From assembly GCA_963848135.1 (NCBI GenBank), contig CAWKCK010000003.1, positions 372,001 to 436,000 of the forward strand: 64,000 bases of DNA, written 5' to 3'. The DNA is from an uncultured delta proteobacterium. GTDB lineage: Bacteria; Desulfobacterota; Desulfobacteria; Desulfobacterales; SG8-13. Made by a program: the position numbers and the translations under genes. The first letter of the stretch is position 1, and every line of letters begins with the position of its first letter. The notes beneath the pieces were generated by a model. It was not told where the DNA came from. It made no database searches and worked only from the letters and a program-made list of their open reading frames with translations. This document shows, one piece after another, positions 58,239 through 64,000 of the stretch.

Positions 58239-59798
58239 ATGGACCAAAGGGCAACAGCAAACCCGCGGGTTCTCATCGTCACCCCAGAGGTCACCTACCT
58301 GCCGGATCGCATGGGGAGCCTTGCCAACTATTTCACGGCCAAATCCGGCGGCCTGGCCGATGTATCGGCGGCGTTGATCAATGCTCTGGCCGACCAAGGG
58401 GTGGATGTTCACGTTGCCATTCCAAATTATCGCACGATATTCAGCGACCGTACCGCACCGTTTCTTAAAACCGAGCTGCGAAAAATCCGTCGTAAAATGG
58501 GCGAAGAACGGATACATCTGGCAGAAGACCGGGCCTTTTTTTATTTGAATCGGGTTTACTCCGCATACGGCGAAGAGAATATCAAGCTCGCTTTGGCGTT
58601 CCAGCGTGAGGTCATGAATAATATCGTCCCGCGCGTGGAACCGGATTTGATTCATTGCAATGACTGGATGACCGGTCTGGTCCCCGCCATGGCCCGGGAA
58701 ATGGGAATTCCATGCCTTTTTACTGTTCACAACCTCTACTCCGTCAAGGCCACACTGGCCCAAATCGAAGACAGAGGGATTGACGGAGCGTTCTTCTGGC
58801 GCAACCTTTTCTTTGAACAAATGGCCACCGGTTATGAATCCGCGCGCAGTTCCAACCCGGTTGACCTGCTCACCAGCGGTGTCTTCGCCGCCCATTTCAT
58901 CAACACGGTTAGCCCCAATTTTCTGAAAGAGATCATCGAAAGCCGTCACGTTTTTGTCCAGCCGCATTTACGTCAGGAAATCATCAACAAATGTCACGCC
59001 GGTTGTGCCACGGGTATCCTCAATGCACCGGATCCCGTCTTTGATCCGCGCACAGACCGGGACCTGAAGTGCGTCTATGGATCCGATAATCACATTACGG
59101 GTAAAAGAGAAAACAAGCGTTTCCTGCAACGCAACCTCGGACTGGTTGAAGACCCCGATGCACCACTGTTTTTTTGGCCATCGCGCCTGGATCCCGTCCA
59201 AAAAGGCTGCCAATTGCTCGCGGATATTTTCTACCAGTTAATTTCAACCTATTGGCGTCAGAACCTGCAGGTCGTATTCGTGGCTGATGGACCCTATCAA
59301 AGGGTGTTTCAGGATATCGTAAACCAGCACCACTTCCTGAAAAGGGTGGCGGTCTGTGACTTCAATGAACAGTTGGAACACCTGTCTTATGGCGCCTCCG
59401 ATTTCATCCTCATGCCTTCACTATACGAGCCCTGTGGCCTCCCGCAGATGATTGCTCCGATTTACGGATCGTTACCGGTAGCGCATGACACGGGTGGCAT
59501 CCACGATACTGTCGCGCCTATGAATGTTGAGGGTAACGGCGGCAACGGTTTCCTTTTCACGGTATTCGACCCGAACGGTCTTCTGTGGGCCATACACGAA
59601 GCCATGAAATTTTATGGGTTGCCACAGAAAGTAAAAGCGCAACAAATCGCCCGCGTCATGGATGCCAGCGCTGCGGCTTTTACCCACGAAAATACAGCCC
59701 ATGCCTACATCGGTCTCTACGAAAGAATGCTAAAAAGACCCTTGATCAACACACCGGACCCAACGCCATCGGCACCTTTGGCCCCGGCAGAAGCTTGA
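58239..59798 (+). CDS. glgA: GT5 glycogen synthase (divergent)
   Basis: KSGGLADV, HCNDW, TVHN, TVSP, SRL...QKG, MPSLYEPCGLPQM, TGGI.DTV. Confidence 0.9.
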   Translation: MDQRATANPRVLIVTPEVTYLPDRMGSLANYFTAKSGGLADVSAALINALADQGVDVHVAIPNYRTIFSDRTAPFLKTELRKIRRKMGEERIHLAEDRAFFYLNRVYSAYGEENIKLALAFQREVMNNIVPRVEPDLIHCNDWMTGLVPAMAREMGIPCLFTVHNLYSVKATLAQIEDRGIDGAFFWRNLFFEQMATGYESARSSNPVDLLTSGVFAAHFINTVSPNFLKEIIESRHVFVQPHLRQEIINKCHAGCATGILNAPDPVFDPRTDRDLKCVYGSDNHITGKRENKRFLQRNLGLVEDPDAPLFFWPSRLDPVQKGCQLLADIFYQLISTYWRQNLQVVFVADGPYQRVFQDIVNQHHFLKRVAVCDFNEQLEHLSYGASDFILMPSLYEPCGLPQMIAPIYGSLPVAHDTGGIHDTVAPMNVEGNGGNGFLFTVFDPNGLLWAIHEAMKFYGLPQKVKAQQIARVMDASAAAFTHENTAHAYIGLYERMLKRPLINTPDPTPSAPLAPAEA

Positions 59799-59863
59799 CC
59801 TTTAGACCTCGATAAAAATGGTGCCGCAATCTCATCGACCCCTCTATCAAATCGGGCGCCCAT

Positions 59864-61882
59864 ATGAAGACAATCGAAAGCCTCGTGCAGAAGTTGATCG
59901 AAAGAGACCCCCTTCTCGTTCCTTACTCCGATCGTCTGCAAAGGCGTTTGGAGCGTATCGAAGAAACCGAATCCCGTTTAACCGGCGGCCAGATCAGCCT
60001 GAATGACTTTGCCAGCGGTCATGAGTACTTCGGTTTGCATTTTCGCCAAAATGAGTGGGTCTTGCGAGAGTGGGCTCCGTATGCCGACGCCGTTTTTCTG
60101 GTTGGAGACATCACGGACTGGAAGGAAAGAAAGGCTTTTGCACTGGATAAAATCGACCGGGACGGTGTCTGGGAAATTCGTCTGCCATCAGACAAACTCA
60201 CCCATCGCGACCTTTACCGGCTGCGGATACACTGGCCGGGCGGATCTGGTGACCGGATTCCCGCATATGCCCGCCGGGTGGTTCAGGACCCGGACACCCT
60301 GATCTTCAGCGCTCAAGTGTGGCACCCGCCAGTTTCGTACCGATGGAAACATGGTGCCAACCGACACCCAGAAACACCGGCGCTGATTTATGAAGCGCAC
60401 GTGGGCATGGCACTATCGGAAGAAAAAGTCGGTAGTTTTAGAGAGTTTACCTTGGGCATCCTGCCGCGCATCGTGGCCGCAGGCTATACGACGCTGCAGT
60501 TGATGGCGATCATGGAGCACCCCTATTACGGTTCTTTTGGATACCAGGTTTCGAGTTTCTTCGCACCATCCTCACGCTTTGGTACACCGGATGATTTAAA
60601 GATCCTCGTCGATACCGCCCATGGTTACGGATTGACCGTTACTATGGATCTGGTTCACTCTCATGCCGTATCCAATGAAGTTGAAGGGCTCAGCCGGTTT
60701 GATGGAACCGTATACCAGTATTTTCATGACGGTGAACGGGGACAACACAAGGCTTGGGACTCGCGCTGCTTCGACTACGCCAAGCCCCAGGTGCTGCATT
60801 TTCTTTTGTCAAATTGCCGCTATTGGCTGGATGAGTTCCGGTTTGACGGCTTTCGATTCGATGGCATCACCAGTATGATCTATCGCCACCACGGCCTTGG
60901 AATGGCATTTACATCCTACAGCGATTACTTTGGTGACACCGTGGACGAGGACGCGCTTACTTACCTGGGCCTGGCCAATCGCCTCATCCACTCCGAGCGG
61001 CCGAACGCCATCACGATTGCCGAAGATGTGAGCGGATTGCCGGGATTGGCGGTTCCACAAGCCGAAGGCGGTATCGGTTTTGATTACCGCTTTGCCATGG
61101 GGATCCCGGATTTCTGGATCCGCCTGATCAAAGAGACCAAAGACGAGGACTGGCCAATTGGCCAGCTCTGGTTTGAACTGAACAATCGCAGATCCGATGA
61201 GAAGACCATCAGCTATGCCGAATCCCATGACCAGGCATTGGTGGGGGATCAATCGATTATTTTCCGGTTGATTGGGGCCGAAATGTATACGCGCATGCAG
61301 ATTTCCGATAACAATCTGCATGTCACTCGCGGGCTGGCGCTACACAAGATCATCCGACTGATCACCATGGCCACAGCAGGGTCCGGTTACCTTAATTTTA
61401 TGGGAAATGAATTCGGTCACCCGGAATGGATCGATTTTCCCAGGCAGGGCAACAACTGGTCTTATCGTTATGCCCGCCGGCAATGGGGTCTGGTTGACGA
61501 CATCAATCTCAGATACCACCAGTTGGCAGCCTTCGATCGGCAGATGATCGCCCTGGCTCACAGGTTCAGCATCTTTGAATGCGCTTGGTCGCAGTTATTG
61601 TACGAACACGAAGGGGATAAGGTCCTCGCGATGGCGAGACAGGGCCTTGTCTTCGTATTCAACTTTCATCCCGAGCGATCTCGCACCGATTATAAAATCG
61701 ATGCGCCCGCTGGAAAGTATAGCATGGTTCTTAACAGTGACGACGTCAAATATGGTGGTCATGGTCGACTGGCGCCAGATCAAGAACACTTCACCACCCT
61801 CGAAGATGGACGCGTTAAAAAAGAACGGCTGAGCCTCTATTTGCCCAGTCGAACCGGATTTGTCCTTCAACGGGTTGGGTAA
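59864..61882 (+). CDS. glgB: 1,4-alpha-glucan branching enzyme, GH13_8 type
   Basis: IYEAHVGM, EHPYYGSFGYQV, GFRFDG, AEDVSG, YAESHDQALVGD, YLNFMGNEFGHPEWIDFPR. Confidence 0.94.
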   Translation: MKTIESLVQKLIERDPLLVPYSDRLQRRLERIEETESRLTGGQISLNDFASGHEYFGLHFRQNEWVLREWAPYADAVFLVGDITDWKERKAFALDKIDRDGVWEIRLPSDKLTHRDLYRLRIHWPGGSGDRIPAYARRVVQDPDTLIFSAQVWHPPVSYRWKHGANRHPETPALIYEAHVGMALSEEKVGSFREFTLGILPRIVAAGYTTLQLMAIMEHPYYGSFGYQVSSFFAPSSRFGTPDDLKILVDTAHGYGLTVTMDLVHSHAVSNEVEGLSRFDGTVYQYFHDGERGQHKAWDSRCFDYAKPQVLHFLLSNCRYWLDEFRFDGFRFDGITSMIYRHHGLGMAFTSYSDYFGDTVDEDALTYLGLANRLIHSERPNAITIAEDVSGLPGLAVPQAEGGIGFDYRFAMGIPDFWIRLIKETKDEDWPIGQLWFELNNRRSDEKTISYAESHDQALVGDQSIIFRLIGAEMYTRMQISDNNLHVTRGLALHKIIRLITMATAGSGYLNFMGNEFGHPEWIDFPRQGNNWSYRYARRQWGLVDDINLRYHQLAAFDRQMIALAHRFSIFECAWSQLLYEHEGDKVLAMARQGLVFVFNFHPERSRTDYKIDAPAGKYSMVLNSDDVKYGGHGRLAPDQEHFTTLEDGRVKKERLSLYLPSRTGFVLQRVG

Positions 61883-61933
61883 AAATATTGGAAGAGAGGG
61901 TGTGGCTATTTGCGGGATGTCGTCCGAAGGTTG

Positions 61934-62518
61934 TCAGTACTTGAAAGAATAATAAAACTTTAATACCCGCTCAACATAGTCTTCTGTCTCTTTGTACGGG
62001 GGAATCGAATTGTTGTAACGTTCCACCGCTGTCGGACCGGCATTGTAGGCCGCCAGAGACAGGGGCAGTTGGCCGTCAAAACGATCAAGCATTTCCCGAA
62101 AATATCGCGTGCCCCCAAGAATATTTTCCATTGGATCGAAGGGATCGTGGATATCCATGGCTCTGACATTTTCTGGCATGAGCTGCATCAAACCCAGGGC
62201 GCCTTTTTTTGACACTGCCCGCGGGTTGAAATCCGATTCCGCTTTGATTATCGCCTTGAGCAAAGGGTAGGCAACACCGTACAATTCGGCGGCTTTTCGA
62301 ATATGGCTGTCAAAGCTCTTGGGTGAGTAAACCTGTGATGTGAAAACTTTTTTCTCTTTGATGTAAAGGCGGTAGTCGGCGTCAGATGTGGTTGGTGCAT
62401 TGGTAAAGTGAACAACGCCATTATGATCGATGTACATGTAAATATCAGCCTGGAGAGGTAACGGCGCAAACCCAAGCATCAAGACCATCGTCGCTATCCC
62501 TGCAACAAAAAATTTCAA
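61934..62518 (-). CDS. exported SLT-domain lytic transglycosylase
   Basis: Signal peptide, IY.Y.D..GVVHFTN, AES.FNP.AVS.KGA.GLMQ, AAYNAG, ET..YV. Confidence 0.92.
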   Translation of the reverse strand: MKFFVAGIATMVLMLGFAPLPLQADIYMYIDHNGVVHFTNAPTTSDADYRLYIKEKKVFTSQVYSPKSFDSHIRKAAELYGVAYPLLKAIIKAESDFNPRAVSKKGALGLMQLMPENVRAMDIHDPFDPMENILGGTRYFREMLDRFDGQLPLSLAAYNAGPTAVERYNNSIPPYKETEDYVERVLKFYYSFKY

Positions 62519-62831
62519 CGTGCACGCCCCCGTTCATCTCTCGGACAGATTCCGGCGCATAATATTTTTAAACAGCGAGTCCCGGCCGGCAAGATTCCAT
62601 CGAATTCTTTTTACAGTTAAATAATAGATGTCATCAATCGATATATGATACACGTTTTCTTGAAACGACTCAAGCGATTTTGAAGTAAAACAGCTGTTTC
62701 GCTCCACGATAATGTGCCGGATAAACATAAAGTTCGCCTTCGAACGGCAGGCCATTATCAGCACTTCGCCCGCTATTTACGAATCTCTACCGTGCTTATC
62801 CAGACGATAAAATATTTATTAACTGCGCGGA

Positions 62832-64000
62832 TTAAAAAAGCTTGAGTTGAACTTGACGGGCTGAATCTTTAGATGCTCTGGATGAAAGCGGTCGATTCGG
62901 CGTTTCGCGTGTTTTCAAGCGATGTTCTATATCGTCGATGAACGGTGTTGGTCGTCGTTGCTGATAACGACCAAATATCCGCCGTTTCAAGGCATAGGTC
63001 AAATAGAGGCGCTCTTTTGCTCTTGTCATGGCGACATAAAACAATCGTCTTTCTTCCTCAATATCATTGAAGTGACCGTCTTTCGGTTTGTGCGGAATGA
63101 GATCGGCCTCACATCCTGTTATGAAAACAACCGGAAACTCGAGACCTTTGGCAGCATGCATGGTCATTAGAGCCACTTTCTGTGATTTTTCATCGTAAAG
63201 ATCCGTGTCGGTTTGCAGGTCGAACTTGTTAAAAAAAGCGGATGGGTCCTTCATCCCATCGCCGGCCATACCTATCAACCGCTCGTATTCATTCATAAAT
63301 TCACCATTCTCTTCAATGAATACACTCGGCAAGCGGTCGAAAAGAAGTTTGAGTTGTTGCTGAACCCCATGCTGTTTGAGTTGGTCGAAAAGCGCTTGGT
63401 TCTGTCTGGAAAACGCCGCCAGACAGTTTTGATCTTCTCTTTTGATGGACTTCAGGGGCAGTCTCACCACCCGGTACAAAGCTTCTGCCAGATCGATACG
63501 AAGTTGTATCGCCCATTCAAAGAAGCGATTTAGGGCTGGTCGAGTCACGGGAAGACCAAGGACCGAAACCAAGCGTTCCAGGTCCAGATAGGATCCGACC
63601 CCGTGGATCACTTTCAGCCAGGATATCAGCAAGATTGTACCCTGCTGATTCATGATAAGCGCCTTGTCGATGGCTTGGCAGGGAATGCCGGTCTTTTGCA
63701 TGACCTCAGCGATTATTTCACCCTGGGAACGGGTTCGGTAAAGAATGGCAAAGTCTGAAAACCCATAAGACCGCCGGGGATTAGTCCCATCGACTCTTCC
63801 GAAGTCTATGGCATCGAATCCAAGGCCCCCGATCAAGCGTTCAATTTTCTTTCCCACAACAACCGCTTCGGCCCGTTCCGAGTGCGTTTCGATAATAGAT
63901 ACGGTTCTTTTGCCATCGATGCCAGAATATACACGGACGCGGTCATCCCTTGCGGCGTCACCGGTCTTGGTCACAGATATCAACTGATGGGCAGCATCCA
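62832..64000 (-). CDS. C-terminal part of a UvrD/Rep/PcrA family helicase; start lies outside the window
   Basis: AILYR, LMTMHAAKGLEF, EERRLFYVAMTRA; frame stays open to the window edge (...DAAHQLISVTK). Confidence 0.92.
   Translation of the reverse strand, partial: DAAHQLISVTKTGDAARDDRVRVYSGIDGKRTVSIIETHSERAEAVVVGKKIERLIGGLGFDAIDFGRVDGTNPRRSYGFSDFAILYRTRSQGEIIAEVMQKTGIPCQAIDKALIMNQQGTILLISWLKVIHGVGSYLDLERLVSVLGLPVTRPALNRFFEWAIQLRIDLAEALYRVVRLPLKSIKREDQNCLAAFSRQNQALFDQLKQHGVQQQLKLLFDRLPSVFIEENGEFMNEYERLIGMAGDGMKDPSAFFNKFDLQTDTDLYDEKSQKVALMTMHAAKGLEFPVVFITGCEADLIPHKPKDGHFNDIEEERRLFYVAMTRAKERLYLTYALKRRIFGRYQQRRPTPFIDDIEHRLKTRETPNRPLSSRASKDSARQVQLKLF

Noticed and set aside
1..64000. tRNA, rRNA, CRISPR arrays, transposases, selenocysteine read-through
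   Set aside because: None recognised by eye; tRNAscan-SE, Infernal and a CRISPR finder would be needed to exclude them formally.

Overview
Core-genome window from a sulfate-reducing bacterium, most likely Desulfobacterota/Desulfobacterales (inferred from dsrA-dsrB-dsrD-dsrN, tetraheme cytochrome c3 and gene context). It holds about 52 CDS: lysine synthesis (dapL-lysA, dapA), molybdenum-cofactor genes, tatA/B-tatC, dnaK, proteases, two sensor-type proteins, the dsr operon and a five-gene glycogen cluster. I found no rRNA, tRNA, CRISPR, IS or prophage. Two real genes are missing from the ORF track: a 38-aa rubredoxin-like protein and a 5'-edge membrane/PAS sensor. Best leads: (1) a glycogen cluster using eukaryote-type UGPase, AGL-like debranching enzyme and GH13_8 branching enzyme, with no glgC/glgX, suggesting UDP-glucose-based synthesis; (2) dsrABDN flanked by a TPR protein, a degenerate kinase-fold protein and a second PrmA-like methyltransferase with a DsrD-like winged helix, a possible modification or regulatory module; (3) a lone dnaK followed by a tandem ribbon-helix-helix protein, with shared promoter motifs and no CIRCE. 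All calls come from reading motifs by eye; no searches were run.
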